This document shows positions 24,790 through 38,394 of a stretch of DNA of 64,000 bases, in pieces; position 1 is the stretch's first letter; every line of letters starts with the position of its first letter. The translations under genes and the position numbers were made by a program. Origin of the DNA: Carcharhinus longimanus (Eukaryota). The notes under the pieces were generated by a model. It ran no database searches and was not told where the DNA came from. It worked only from the letters and a program-made list of their open reading frames with translations. The stretch is taken from the NCBI GenBank assembly GCA_030264375.1, contig JASCQW010000119.1, positions 7,864,026-7,928,025 of the forward strand. Direction: 5' to 3'.

Positions 24790-26050
24790 ACCCCCAACGA
24801 GACCCCCTCAATGCGACCCGCTATTTTGCTGTGGGTCAGGTTGAGAGATGCACATGAGCGACGATTCGCAAAATTCGCACAAACGTTCCGGACGCATGCT
24901 CATTTCCCAACGCCGAAGAGCAGGCACTGTCGAGATCACGCTGGAAACCGGTGGAAAGACCACATGAACGATGTTAATCTGTTTTCAATGTGATTTTAAT
25001 GACATTACGGCGCCCGGAGCTTATAATATCCGTGCCCGATGGCATCTCCGACACCGGGAAGTGTATTTCACTCCGTAGGATTTGAGAGTAGCTCCCCACT
25101 TTCGGGGAACCAGCGGGATATCACGTTGGAGTTAAGTAGGCAATGCGGCCCCATTCATGGATCCTGAGACGGGGATGTGCTGACCCCGAGGCATGAAAAG
25201 TCTGGCAGTACCAGCCTATGCAGTCAAGTGGCAGAGCATCCTTGCACATGCGGGCATTTTGGCATTTCCCACCAGGCACCGGCAGTGCCTCGGGGGCGGA
25301 ACCTTGAGAACATGCCAAGTTTGCAGATCCTAAAGGGTTATGACGTATTCTAGAAAGACATGTTATGCAGTCTCACAACACCAGGTTAAAGTCCGAAAGG
25401 TAGCACGAGCTGTCGGAGCACCGCTCCTTCATGCCCTGATGAAGTATTTCCTGTGATTATGCCAGTCCAACGCCGCAAAACCCGCATTTTTTTCTTGGAC
25501 GAGCTTATTCGGTAAGGATGAGGAGTCTGGCTGCAATTCTGCATTTGGATCAATGGGGCCTGGATGGAGGCCAGAGATCGAGGTGGACCTGGGGAATGGT
25601 CTCTGTCGTGGTCCAGCTGCCATGTTGTGTCCTGTCAAGATGGGGAGGTCTGATATCCAGTGGAAAGGCATGTGCTGTTGAGTGGGAGGGGAAGAGGGGG
25701 CTGGAGATCAGGGTGTGCCGGGACAGGGGACATGGCTGGCTCTCGAATGCTTCTGCGGGACGGGTGGAAGGGCAGCACTGTGGGGTCTCGGGCTGGCCAG
25801 CAATCGATCTGGCTAACAAATGGGAGGTTGACATGTCGGGGTCACTGCGCATGCGCAGCAGCCCGGGCCTGTCAACGTCCGTCGTGAATAGACCACCCCC
25901 CCTAGTTTTTAATGACAATCACGATTTATCCTTCGCATTGCACAGAATGCGGGAGATTCGAGTCTAAAGACCCACTGAAGAAAGAGTCGTGACTTACCCC
26001 GTATTTCCCTCCATATCCGCACTTCGAACTCTTTTGGGAGAACCACCTGC
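24790..26050. mobile_element. GC-rich interspersed element, possibly a non-autonomous DNA transposon remnant
   Basis: Abrupt GC/CpG-rich block in an AT-rich intron with no coding motif. TIRs could not be paired. Confidence 0.35.
25355..25490. mobile_element. Penelope-type terminal repeat fragment
   Basis: tctcacaacaccaggttaaagtcc…gtagcacgagctgtcggagcaccgctccttcat resembles elasmobranch Penelope terminal repeats, with a decayed hammerhead-like hairpin. Confidence 0.55.
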
Positions 26051-26441
26051 CACCCTCCCACGCCCCCTCTCCCCTCCTGGCCCCCAATCTGTTTTCAGTT
26101 TAACTTCCATTGTTGGCGACAAATTATTAGCCTTTGGCGAATATGACCATTTCATCCAATAACATGGAATGGCGCATGTATCCATGCGTCTTTTCAATAG
26201 TCTTTCGAAGACTTTGGCACAAATAAGCGTTATTTTGCTTGGTTACCCATCGGTGAGCATCGGCAGTACATCCAGTATGGTTTACAATGCGCCAACTGCT
26301 ACAGTGGATCTCCGAATTTCTTTGAGAGACGTTATGACAATTTGAATTTTGCTGCCCCATTGAAAATGGGGACATAATTTAACGTTTGTTCCGATGAGAA
26401 TCTTGCATATCCTCACTGACCATACTCTGACAATGTAATAG

Positions 26442-26468
26442 GAATCGACCTGGCTGGAAAAGAGAAAG
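26442..26468 (+). CDS. Putative 27-nt phase-1 microexon (GIDLAGKEK)
   Basis: tag|GAATC…GAGAAAG|gtaaga. Strong donor, weak pyrimidine tract, and 3' end shared with the other 27-nt exons. Confidence 0.6.
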
Positions 26469-26749
26469 GTAAGAACAGGAATATAGCTGTGGCTGAATGA
26501 AATGTAATCACTTCATAGTTTCACCATTTCTCTTTCAGATATAGAACAAAAAAAAACACTGTGAATTAAAATAGCACGATTTGGAATGCAATACCGATTA
26601 CACAGAAGACAATCAGATTGTTCATCATATCCGCTGGATTCTGTAACAGCTGCTGGGCATATATGAATAAGAAATAACGTTTCAGTTGCAGACTTCACAT
26701 GCAGAATAAAACGAATCGTGGACAATCGGAGAGCAAGGAGGAAAGCAGA

Positions 26750-26791
<42 letters not shown>

Positions 26792-26810
26792 CATAATCAT
26801 AATCATAATA
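26750..26810. repeat. (AAT)n microsatellite followed by (ATCATA)n
   Basis: Directly visible in the sequence. Confidence 0.95.
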
Positions 26811-28448
26811 AAACACATAGATAGTCTTTCTCGTCTCAGATGGCAACATTAAAACTGAATAACCATTCAAAAACAAACACATTGAACACAGCAAGTGATC
26901 GATGAAGATATATTCAGTTCTGGATGGGGAGGTAGAAGACGTGATGAGTTCAAGACAGTGGGCATGGATCGCCATTAATGTAACTTGTAGCGTTACAAAA
27001 TTGAAGTGTTCGCAATTTGCAGAATTATTCCAGTACATTTTTAAATAAAAAAAACATTCATTATATTGTCCATCTTTTCCCTGAAAAGCAAATTATTTTC
27101 AACTGTCACTGTGTTTCACATTCAGCTTTTCGTCGCAGTGTTCTGGACATGGAAAGTGTGGATATGAAGCAACGTTTGCTGGGACAAACATGTCGATCCC
27201 ACATTTTCATGCTGCAAAACACTAACCAACTTTGAATCAACAACGTGTCATGTGATTTGAGTTCGCAATATTATGACGTCATAAACCAAAGGTCTGTGTT
27301 TCATTTGTGATAGATTCAAATGGGTTATTCTTTGCTTTTTGTTCTGCATACTACCTACCCACCTTGATGGCATACTTCCCTTACTTCACTGATATAACTG
27401 CTGCAAATATCAACAATAAATGCAAATTGTTCTATGATGATTGAGACATTCATGTTGAATAAAAACACGATTATCGACATCTCAAAAAATTTAGAAATTC
27501 ATTTGGACATTGGCTCAAATTGGCTTTAAATGCTGCAAGTGTTTATTTTTTTTTAACTCTGTGAGTGCGCAAGTGAATTACAACATTGCATTTCCAATCT
27601 CCCATGTATAGGAAAAAGTAATGTCCTGGTTTTACCTGTGCTACATGCGATACCACATCCACACCAGCCCATTCCAAAGGCATTCAGGAGTTCTCCCTAC
27701 CCAACTGAGCTCTGGAATGCAAAGACGTTTAGTATGTACGAATTAGCCGGCGTAAATGCGTGGACTCACAATGATAAGGCATGCGGTGGTGTGCACACAA
27801 GTACGAGGTTCTTTCGAAGAAACGACTAAATAAAATAACTCTCTACAGTGTAGAGAATCGGAGGCAATATGTCTACGTGGTGGCCGCATTTATGCCATCT
27901 TAATTCATCTAAAGCAACATTTACGATAATTAAATGCAGCAAACACATTCATTGCACGATGTGGTTAATTGTTTGTTAAACGAGTAATGTCCAGAGAGCA
28001 TTGAGCTAATTTTGCTGAAAATGAAGTTGCGTTTTCCACGCAACTTGGGTGATGATTCTATTTGTGGCTCAAAACGTTGTTCGATTGTTAAGTACTTCAG
28101 GTATCTTAACGCTCGTCGTCAAAGGAAATTGATTATTGATATACATATCAATATTTTGGACTCATTTATCGAATTCAATTGAATCGTATAATCATGGAAT
28201 CATAGACACCCAGAAGACCAATCGGTCCATTCATCTGCACCGACAACACGCTCACCCAGATTCTGATCTCTCTAACCCCAAATAACCCAGCCCATTTGAT
28301 TTTCCTACAGTTTACGTGCGTAAATGTCCACTCCGCGAACTCGCAGAGTTGTTGAAAATAGAATGTCATGTCTGACCACTTTTTGATCATAACGATTTGA
28401 GAAGACAACCCATATAATCTGAGCAAATGTGTGCGTCATTCCATTTAG

Positions 28449-28484
28449 AGGTTGCTCATCTCTCAGATAGAATAAAATCATTAG
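28449..28484 (+). CDS. Putative 36-nt phase-1 microexon (EVAHLSDRIKSL)
   Basis: cattccatttag|AGG…TTAG|gtaagt, a consensus donor. Heptad-like peptide. Confidence 0.72.
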
Positions 28485-30260
28485 GTAAGTCTAACTGAAC
28501 TGATATCTTCTTTCCACATATGTTGTCTGCAAAATTCAGTGTTGCCTACCGTGCGAATTGGCTTTGTTATACCAATTGTCTGAACAGATTTTTATTCTGA
28601 AATGGCCAAGTGACTCTGAATATGTCCCCGATTGTACATACCTCCGAACTGGCTTCATAGTGTGTTGGCAGAAACTATATCTGCATTGAGCGTACGCTGT
28701 TCTCATGCGAAATTGATTGTCAGTTAGAAACAGCTGAATCGCGTTATCTGTCATTCTCAGCGTCGGAATCTATTCTGTCTTACAAACAATGAAGATGCAA
28801 TTCAACAAGAGCAGTTAACGAAATGGTCGAAGTTCGTCCCCGTTTCCCCGAATGCAGGATACCCAATTTTGGGGACTCCTGTCTTTAATTCATGTCAGAG
28901 TTAGGCAGATGCAAAATGAACGAGAACTGCAACGCTATATGCGTCCATCCAGGTGTTGACCTGTTTCCATTCTACCTCCTCCCCCAACCCGAAGAATCAC
29001 CAGATTCTTCTCTTTTCCTCCCATTTAAAACTATTTTTGCTCTTTTGTTTTACTTTGCAGCATAAATTGGCATTGCGATGTGTTTCTTCAACTTCCACAG
29101 CTCTAAGTTATATGCAGCGTAATGTACAGAATGAGAAGTAATCGACTATTTACGTCATTTGCAATTAAATTATGAAATCTAACTGTCAAGTTAACACATC
29201 CAAACTGTTTTACTCAAAACCGGTTTAAAACATTATTAGTGATCTGCATTTTTTTTTTTCGCATTTGCTTGAAATCACCATGCAACAGGGGATATTTCTC
29301 TATCGCTGAAACGTCCAGCATATCTTGGATCCGAATGATCGGCGTGTCAATTTTGGCAGTCAGAGATAAAGTGTTTCATCGTTGTTGACCACAGTACACC
29401 CAAAAATACATCACAATATCATTAGATCACATTGTGTCATTTTGTAAATTCCTGCTGACTGCCATGTTTGAAACAGGGATGACAACTTGACCGTATTATT
29501 GTCATCATTATAAACTGAACATTTTCAGTAATTTTTTCTTTTTGTGGGAGGACTCCTATTCAGGAGGTGATAAGCATATATGACTCAACATTTTCATGCT
29601 ACAAAATGTTTGCATTCACTTACCTGGAATGAATGGAATACCCTTGGTGTTCCATTTTTGCCAGCAGGCAGTAAGTACACTGGAACAGGACTCCTTCACG
29701 CCAATACAAAAGGAGGAGTGCTGCTATGTTATGTTGCTCCTGCGATGTTTACCCTTACTGCAGTTTCGTGCATTATCACGTATCTGTCTCTATATAGTGA
29801 ATGTCATTACTCCTGTCCTTCCGACTGTAAAGGTGAGTATCGATGTTGTTGACTATATGATGCTTGTTTGAAAATCGAGGGCCTATTTGATCATCCAGTC
29901 CTGAAGTGTCATTTGGCCATTAAAGACTGGGAAAAGGGGAAAGTGAAAAGAAAGAAAGACAGAGATAAAGAGGCGGTTTGGGGGCGGAGTTGGTGAGGGT
30001 GGAGAGAGAGAGAGGGGCGGGGAAGGATTTGGAATTTGCAGATCGGTTCTTGTTTACTGAACTTTCACGTGGTGTGTTTAACTGACAGTGTAATGAATTT
30101 CCTTCACTGCCTCAGAGAGACAACTGAACGACATGATTGCAAGTAATTTCACTTAGTTTCTTTTGCAAAGTTCGATAATATCCATCTGCAAACTTTGCAT
30201 ATGTTAATAAAATCCACTGGGCTATAAATGCTGACCATTCGTTCTCACACCTTGTTACAG

Positions 30261-30287
30261 AGTACAAAGCTAAATGTGGAGAGAAAG
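30261..30287 (+). CDS. Putative 27-nt phase-1 microexon (EYKAKCGEK)
   Basis: ccttgttacag|AGT…GAGAAAG|gtgagt, both sites consensus. Confidence 0.65.
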
Positions 30288-30328
30288 GTGAGTTTTCTTT
30301 TGAGATAAGGAAATGATGCAATTTACAG

Positions 30329-30364
30329 AAGATTTACGAAAATATGTCAGTCGCACAGAACCAC
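30329..30364 (+). CDS. Possible 36-nt phase-1 microexon (EDLRKYVSRTEP)
   Basis: atttacag|AAG…CAC|gtaagt. Fits the 27/36 alternation but lies only 41 nt after the previous exon. Confidence 0.4.
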
Positions 30365-31369
30365 GTAAGTATCTGAAACGAGAGGAATATTCCAGCCTCC
30401 TATCATCAATTTTGTGCAATCTCTATCAATATCCACAGTAGAGCAAACCGCACAGTTCAGTACCCTTCAAATGTTGAAGTGTCTGATTTATGACTTGTGC
30501 CACCCAAAAATGGGGAGCGTATCCTCAACTTGTCAATGTATCACGCCTCCACGTGGACTATTTATGTACTGGATACTGAGTGGTATTGTTGTTGGCGACA
30601 ACGGAACTGCCGATAAATCCAAATGAAATCTGTGGGCAATATTCTAATTAGGTAGGGCTTGAAGAGATATGGCGAATGGGCAGACAAGTGGATTGGGAAG
30701 CCATGACGACGTCACCCATAATAATATGAAATGGCAGAGTATGTCCTGGGGCTGAATAGCTCGTCGTCCTTCTGTTGTGTCATGATTAACAAAGCAGATA
30801 ATCCAAGATGGACAATGAAGTGTGCAGCTGTCCAAGCCCAAACCAAACACTTTAACGAAATGCCAGCCTCGCGAATTACTACACAGAATTACCAGCAAGC
30901 CAGATAGCATAACCACCAAAGAACAGACAAGGAAAATATTTATCATTTACTCGATAAGGCCTAGGGATTGTAGTTCAGCATTTTGAATTCATAAACGGAG
31001 CTCAGCAACTGAACAATGCAGAGGTTAAAAAAAAACCTTCTCAAATATTCGTATCCTCAACGAGATGGAGGTGGCACATTATTGCAAAAGAGAGTGCTGA
31101 ACTAATCACAAAAATCGTTCGCAAGAATTACCAATTTGAAAAGACAGCTCGACAAACTGTGCAGGTAATTTGCATCACGTGTTGGCTTTCAACCATTTCA
31201 TTCGCTCAATGTCATGAAATAGCTGATCGTGGAGACGCTGAGTGCTGACGCCATTACCGGATCATGACTGGTCCAGAACACACGGTATGCCAGCAAGTCT
31301 GTTCTTGTATAAACTCAACAATTATTTTCAACCGTTAATTTTCTGAAAATATTCAGTTTGAACATGAAA

Positions 31370-32140
31370 TATATTAAAGGTTTAACGATTAACGGGGAAA
31401 GGGCCGTGGATCTTGTATGCATGGACTTTAGTAAAACATTTGGCAAGGAGACCCATTGCATGTTTTCCCAGAAAGTTAAATCACACGAGAACAAAAGTGA
31501 AGTACCGAGATGGATTCGGCACTGGCATGTCCACAGACGCCACAGGACAACGGTGGAAGGGTTTTTTTTTTCCTGAATCGATGTCTGCTATCAATAGTGT
31601 TCCCGAGTGATCGGAATAATGTTGCAATTTTCGTGGCCTCACTGCCAGAAGGACATGGATACTTTGGAGGAAGTACACAAACAAAAACAGGCTATTGCCT
31701 GGCATGGAGATGACTAGCCATGAGGAGAATTTGAAGACGCTGGGATTGGTCTCCCTGGGAAGACGAAGGCTGAGGGCAAATTGCTAGATTTGTTTTTAAT
31801 TATAATGAGAACAGTTGGAAGATTTATTTGTCCCCAGGGCAGGAATGATAATTACAATGGAGCACAAATTAAGGTTAAGATAGGGTTGTTTCAGTAGAGA
31901 TCTGTGAGTGAAACTTTGTTTTTGAACACAGTGTTATGCGGCCCTGGAATGCTCTCCCAAGTGAAGTTGTTTAGGGGGACACGTTGGTAAAATTTAAAAC
32001 TTCACTGGATACACGTATTAACAGACCCAGAGTAGAGAGATACAAGCATTTGGTCTCGACAGAACAATGCGATTAGCTTAGGCTTGCGTGGCCGATGTGC
32101 GTGCTCCTGCGCTGTACTGTCATTTGTTCTTTGTTCTTTA
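31370..32140 (+). mobile_element. Degenerate, internally deleted CR1 LINE
   Basis: AVDLVCMDFSKTFGK RT motif, AWNALP, and a 3' tail ending ttgttctttgttc. Confidence 0.8.
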
Positions 32141-34020
32141 AATACAGCGGTTAAAAAAATTGAAAACAATCGCTCAATACAAAGTGAAGGAACTGGCCTT
32201 CAGAAGACGCAGGCAAGCAACACTTCCATTTAAGTACCTCCTCCCTGAAGCCCATGTGGGGATCGGAAGACAATTCAGCTCTTTTTCTCTTAATAACGAA
32301 AGGGAAAAGGCGGGGTTTTTTAACACATGGGGTTGTGATTTTCTGGAAGAACTTACCACAGGGTGTTGTGGGGTGGGTGGGTGGGGGTCATTTTTCAACT
32401 TTAAAATACATTTAATCCGTTACATCGGTTACATGGGTAAAATAGTTACAGACAAATGTTGGCCAAACTTGGACTTCGTGTTTAAAAAAAGGTGGAATAG
32501 ACAAATTGGGTCGAAAGTTTTTTTTTCGTGCTGTAAGCCTCTGTCTCGACGACTGTATGTGGTTCGTAGATACTGAGGTAGGAATAACAAATCGAAGNNN
32601 NNNNNNNNNNNNNNNNNNNNNNNNNNNNNNNNNNNNNNNNNNNNNNNNNNNNNNNNNNNNNNNNNNNNNNNNNNNNNNNNNNNNNNNNNNNNNNNNNNNN
32701 NNNNNNNNNNNNNNNNNNNNNNNNNNNNNNNNNNNNNNNNNNNNNNNNNNNNNNNNNNNNNNNNNNNNNNNNNNNNNNNNNNNNNNNNNNNNNNNNNNNN
32801 NNNNNNNNNNNNNNNNNNNNNNNNNNNNNNNNNNNNNNNNNNNNNNNNNNNNNNNNNNNNNNNNNNNNNNNNNNNNNNNNNNNNNNNNNNNNNNNNNNNN
32901 NNNNNNNNNNNNNNNNNNNNNNNNNNNNNNNNNNNNNNNNNNNNNNNNNNNNNNNNNNNNNNNNNNNNNNNNNNNNNNNNNNNNNNNNNNNNNNNNNNNN
33001 NNNNNNNNNNNNNNNNNNNNNNNNNNNNNNNNNNNNNNNNNNNNNNNNNNNNNNNNNNNNNNNNNNNNNNNNNNNNNNNNNNNNNNNNNNNNNNNNNNNN
33101 NNNNNNNNNNNNNNNNNNNNNNNNNNNNNNNNNNNNNNNNNNNNNNNNNCCATTTCTCTTTAACAACACCCTCAGCACTCGTGCACAACATCCACAAGCG
33201 ATTTTCGCTAATTAACAAAATGGCTGAACAAAGGTTAGTTGATCAGGTATGGGATTTCAGACAGAACCAGATAGACCTTTAGCGGACCATTCACAATCCT
33301 TCCTCATCAAAATGTGTGAAAAAAAAAATATTCCGCAGATCTGTATGCATGCTACTTAGTTCGAGGACGTGGGCGACAGCAATATGTTCACAGCTAGTTC
33401 CCAGTCAGAATTTTGTGCCGAGTGTCTTTTTGAACGATTGCAATTCTAGAAGTATAGATAAAGCCGCTGTGCTGCAATCTAGATATGTCGAAGACGTTAA
33501 AGCAGCATATTCAGAAATGTCATCCCAGCGACATGTTTTGGAATACTTACTGCAATCAAAGTTTAGAAATGAAAATCAGATGGTCACGCTGCGCCACGTC
33601 AGAAGCTAAATGTCCAGTGATACCCTGACAAAGGTACACATTATCCTTATACAGTAATTTTGTAACATTATGTTTTATTCAGTAACACTGATTTTTTTAA
33701 AAAAGACGTCCACCTCAGCTCACTTTGTTGTCTGTGTAAGTAACGATGAAGCAGGGGAAACAAAAAATGCTCATTCATCCATTGTTCCACAAGGACGCTG
33801 CAAACATTGGCACGCCTTTCGTCTTACATTTGAACTTGCATATCTCGTTACGGAGCAGACAGTGCTGAAACACGTTGCAGGATAATTTTGTATATAATTT
33901 CACTTTGTGAAAACCAGTAGGAAAGGGTGACACGGATTAGCATCCTTCAGCGTCCTGACTTGCTTTTTCAATATTGTTTTCAAAATAATTAGTATTCTTG
34001 CATCGTAATCGATTAGGAGT

Positions 34021-34022
<2 letters not shown>

Positions 34023-34053
<31 letters not shown>
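34023..34053. repeat. (AAT)n microsatellite
   Basis: Directly visible in the sequence. Confidence 0.95.
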
Positions 34054-34057
<4 letters not shown>

Positions 34058-34562
34058 GAATAATGAAGATGCAACACCATTGAAAGTCATTCAGAACAAT
34101 ACCAACAAAAAAATACGCATGAGCTGTTTTGTTTTTACTTAGGTTGCACGACAACTGAGAAAAAAAAATGAAGACCGTTATTTGTCGCCATTGAATGCGT
34201 TTTCACCGACATTCTGGAAATGCCGTTTGGACTCGCCTTAATGATGAAGAATATCTTGGATCTTTATGTTTTTTTTTACTATATTTCTGTACATTGAGAA
34301 CTGAAGGAGCTGCAGTTGCATCCACCTGTATGTGTGTCATAAAAGTCAGCGCAAAGGACAAATCAGGTCAATATACGTTATGAAATACAGTAACTAAGAC
34401 GTATCAGGTGTTCGTGTGAATGCTTTCATCATTTAAGTGAATCTTCTTGATGACCCTATTATCAATACATACAGTTCCTTACATTTTGTGTCGTTTCGTG
34501 TAAAAGATTTTTCGCTGTTAATATTTTGTGAATACATAAACTTAATTGTCCCATAGGTCCAG

Positions 34563-34589
34563 AGATTGTATACCTGAGGCAGAAAGAAG
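34563..34589 (+). CDS. Possible 27-nt phase-1 microexon (xIVYLRQKE); 33 nt if the upstream acceptor (34557) is used
   Basis: ttgtcccatag GTCCAG|AGA…GAAG|gtcagt. Both acceptors preserve frame. Confidence 0.5.
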
Positions 34590-35979
34590 GTCAGTGATGA
34601 AAACTTACTGACGGAGTAATTACATTCATAACGGAGATGAAGTTTGTATTTAACTTACGGTAATGAATTGAGTAAACTCGGATTTGTGTGCAGCATCTTA
34701 AGATAAAACAAATAATAAAAAAAAATCACTGAAGTCTCTGGTTTTGGCATCAGAGAAAAGGTTATTGTACAGCATATATGTTACACGATCTTAACGTATC
34801 ACACGATAAATTTGACACAGACATACGGGAAATTGTTCCCTCCTGTTACATTTAGAACAATGCCACCACCATGGGAGTTATTCAAATTTTGTTACAAAGA
34901 ACATGCAGCAAGAAACATGGTTTGCGCTTCTTCACACGAATTAACGAAACATCTCAGGGTGCAAGTTGAAAGAAAAAGCAAATTATAGAACTGAAGAACG
35001 CTCAAGTTGTGTTAAATATCAATTGGAAGTTGTCAAGTCCTGAATATTACCATGACGAAAAGAATATGTTTGGCACAGTTGAAATGTGTTGAAACGCAAA
35101 CTATCCTTCAAATTTCACCAATATTTGGTGAAAATGGGACATAGGCGCCAGAACACAGGTATCAGGATCAACAAGTGTGTCCGGTTTCTGACGTGTTCTC
35201 ACGCCATAGTTTAGGAAGGAAAGATGGACAGTGACATTTTTTTGGCACGGCATACAATTCCGTTCGTGTCGAACGTTGCCATGAAAAAAAAGATAGCAGA
35301 GTAGCTCCCACTTTTAATTAAGTCCCGAAGATTAGTTTCATTCAGGTAGAAGAAATCCACTTCCAGAGGAAAAAAAAATCATTAGCTTCAGGTGGGCAAA
35401 CGCAACAATTTCGAAGGCAGAATGACAAAATACTGCAGCTTCCAATTTAAAGCTACTGTAAGGAACGGTTGTGGCTTCTGCAATTTGCTGTATGCTCGAC
35501 AGGACTGGGTCCCACTGTAGGAAAGTGAATCAGGAGCTGCCTGCTGCAACAAGACAGAAACCTAGTTTTACTGGCGATTAATGGCTGCAATACATCTTTC
35601 AAACCTAATTAGTTGCTCTCAGATGATATAGGTTAAGCTGCTAAGATCAGTATTATTTCTGTTGCCTGCTTTGACTAAGATACCAAAAAAAAAAGCTGCT
35701 GTCAGAACAAGCAGAAGGTTAAACGCTGATTTTTTTTTAAGAGAAATTTCAATTGAACAACCTGCAAGTGAGATAGCTGCTGCCAAATTTTCTGAACTCC
35801 CCATGATAATTGAAGACCGGTGGGGCTGCATAATTACTTTGTGCAACTGTTTTTCTTTCGTGCCGACCATTTGTATTGTGTTGACAATATTTCTTTCCCA
35901 CAAAAATAACTTTACTTCATGGTCTAAAAGAAAACCTTAGGCTCTACTGAACAGACAAGTTATCATTGATTGTGTGCAC

Positions 35980-36212
35980 CTAAAGAGAAAACGTTGCAAT
36001 ATCTCAGCAAGTCTGATAGCATTTGTAAGGAGGGAAATGAGCTGATTTTTCGAGTCCAGTCGGCCATTTGTCAAAGCATTGACAAAAGGTCATCTGGACT
36101 CGAAACACCAGCTTTTATCTCTCATTTTAGACGCTGCCATGCCAACTGAGGTTTTCCAGTTTTTTCTTACTTTTGGTTTCAGTTTCCAGCATCCGCAGTA
36201 ATTTGCTTTTTG
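35980..36212. mobile_element. Palindromic Penelope-derived element
   Basis: Imperfect inverted repeat centred at ~36077 (36040-36074 vs 36079-36113). Ends ttccagcatccgcagtaatttgcttttt. Related to 57195-57332. Confidence 0.75.
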
Positions 36213-36334
36213 TCAGCGACTGCTTGCTTCATCGACTTTCTGTTTTACTAATTAGCATATGTTCTGATACTTTGGCAGGGAATAAATGCAATTTAGTATT
36301 TCGCCGACCGTAACGGACATAAGTGCCATTTTGA

Positions 36335-36640
36335 CCCGGTGGTACAGTGTTTAGCAATGCCGTCTCAGAACGCCAAGAAAATTAATTGGGTGCCGGCTTC
36401 TTACGACTCTCTGTGCACATTCCGCATTCTCTTCGCACTTACCTTGTTCTCCTCAAAAAGCCCCGGTTTCGAAATATGTAAATTGGATTGCTCAATTACC
36501 GCCTTTACATGCAAGGCTCGGCAAGATATATGAGCACCCCATGGAACATTTGCAGGTTTGCGGTTTGGCTGGTGGATTATGTCAAAGTAGAGGGAGATTA
36601 AGTGTGGATTCGAGGGGCCAAATTGCCTCCTTATTCATTG
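36335..36640 (+). mobile_element. Highly degenerate V-SINE
   Basis: Head gtggtacagtgtttagcaatgccgtctcag resembles 63750-63785 and is followed by decayed V-domain-like sequence. Confidence 0.5.
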
Positions 36641-38358
36641 GAGGCATTCAAACATTTCATGTTTTTTATATGAACAATGTGGCACAGGTTATGCGTTTTT
36701 TAGCATTTCAAAGTCAATTGTTTCTGAAATTTGCAAAACAAACTAGCATTATCTCGCCCATTTGACTTGATGGTTATGCGAGCTTCTCCTATTTTCAGCA
36801 AAGGCAGTGTTATTCCTGAATGATTTGAAAATACGAATAATAAGTGCACAATATTAATATGTGCAATATGATTAATTATGACGAGACAACATTGGAAAGG
36901 AGACCAGAAAACGATCATCGAGCTAGAACAAGTATTTTCTTGGCACAAGTTAATTTGGAGTTCAAATAGCCTGAATTTTCAAGTAGATAAAGAAAACTTG
37001 CAATGCAAAATGCATAATTTCAGGTAAACGTGGAATGTTAATCTTGGCCTCCAGAATTAAAGGGCAAAAGCGACGAAAGCAATGCATATGAAGTCCATAA
37101 ATCAGTCGGCGAACCTGAGCTGAATGGAAATAAAATATACACATTGTGATGAAGACGAGACAAATAGTTGGGAAAATTTAAGCACGTCCAGTCTATTATT
37201 TCATGCAGCTCTTACTCACTTGAATCCAAAATTCAGGCGGAAGCGGATTGTGCCCAAGTAAGAACGCGGCCATAGTGCTGATGAGCCGAGAACATAGAAA
37301 ACACTGTGCGCCATTCATCAAGTAAAGTACAACACTCGCATTAACACACCAATGTTGAAAACACGGCCAGGTATGTTCTACACAGACACAAGTTAACAAA
37401 ATCCTACCTGACAACTTATCAGCTGATCATTCTGTTCTTCATCATGAGAACGTGAAGGACAGTAAAGCAGGACAACTCACCAGTGACACTTGTTTACAAA
37501 CAACCTGATCACTGACACTAATTTAATGTTCACCTCGACGTAACTGAAAGTAGGAAAACATTATCTTCACAATTCGAACATCCATCGGCGCGGGCAAGTC
37601 CTGAGTGGAGGTGGAAGTCTAGTATCAACCATTTGATATCGTCAAATTTCCAGCAGCGCTCCCTAAACTTGTGGTTTTTGGATATCGGATGATGGTGTGC
37701 CCCGCAGGGAGAAACATCGGTGTAGTTTTTGTTTTTCAGGTACCTCAGTTCAAGGACAACAATGCAATAAGTCATCAGTCTTCATCACCTTCAACAGCCC
37801 AACATTGCTTTTTCTTCCACCAGGAACACGAAAGTATGAATACTCACTACGGATTGCACTTCTTTTTTGGAAGATCTCCAAATTCATGTGTCACAGATAT
37901 GAAATGCTGTTATGCGCATCAAGCCGTTTGAGCGCTGATTTCCGGAATGCATGCAATCCCATCAGTGCAAGCAGTGGGCAACACAAGCACATCATTCAGT
38001 CGTCTACGCCGATGTAAAGCCGTTAGATCTGCATGAGCGTGTCAGTAGTCAAAAAGCGGATCAAATTCTGTGATCGATTTTCATCGGATATAAGTTTGGC
38101 TCTTTAACAAACTCATAATCGAATGTGAAGCAAGTAATGTTTTGCAGTGTATTGGAGGGATCGTTTAATATTGAGCGTCCCTTGCCGGAAATCATATCTG
38201 AGAAATTATCGCGTATTGATGGAAGGCACATTGTCAACAATAGTCATTTAATTTGAAATTGAAGAAAATTACTGAGCAAGATCAAAAAGTATAGTCCTTA
38301 GAAAACTCGAAATAATGAATATATCAGAACCAGCTGACAATGCAATATTTTGATTTAG

Positions 38359-38394
38359 AGCTGGACAGACAGTTCAGAATTTTAAAACAACAAG
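38359..38394 (+). CDS. Putative 36-nt phase-1 microexon (ELDRQFRILKQQ)
   Basis: ttttgatttag|AGC…CAAG|gtaagc. Heptad-like peptide. Confidence 0.72.

Noticed and set aside
26513-27038. Poly-Ile / poly-Tyr ORFs
   Set aside because: Translations of the (AAT)n microsatellite.
36987-37023. Segments with good donors (also 23755-23816, 31126-31164 and 33706-33735)
   Set aside because: Length not a multiple of three, a stop in phase 1, or a non-heptad peptide with a poor acceptor.
37530-38017. Overlapping short ORFs with a faint integrase-like RGTP motif
   Set aside because: Too little similarity to support any call.
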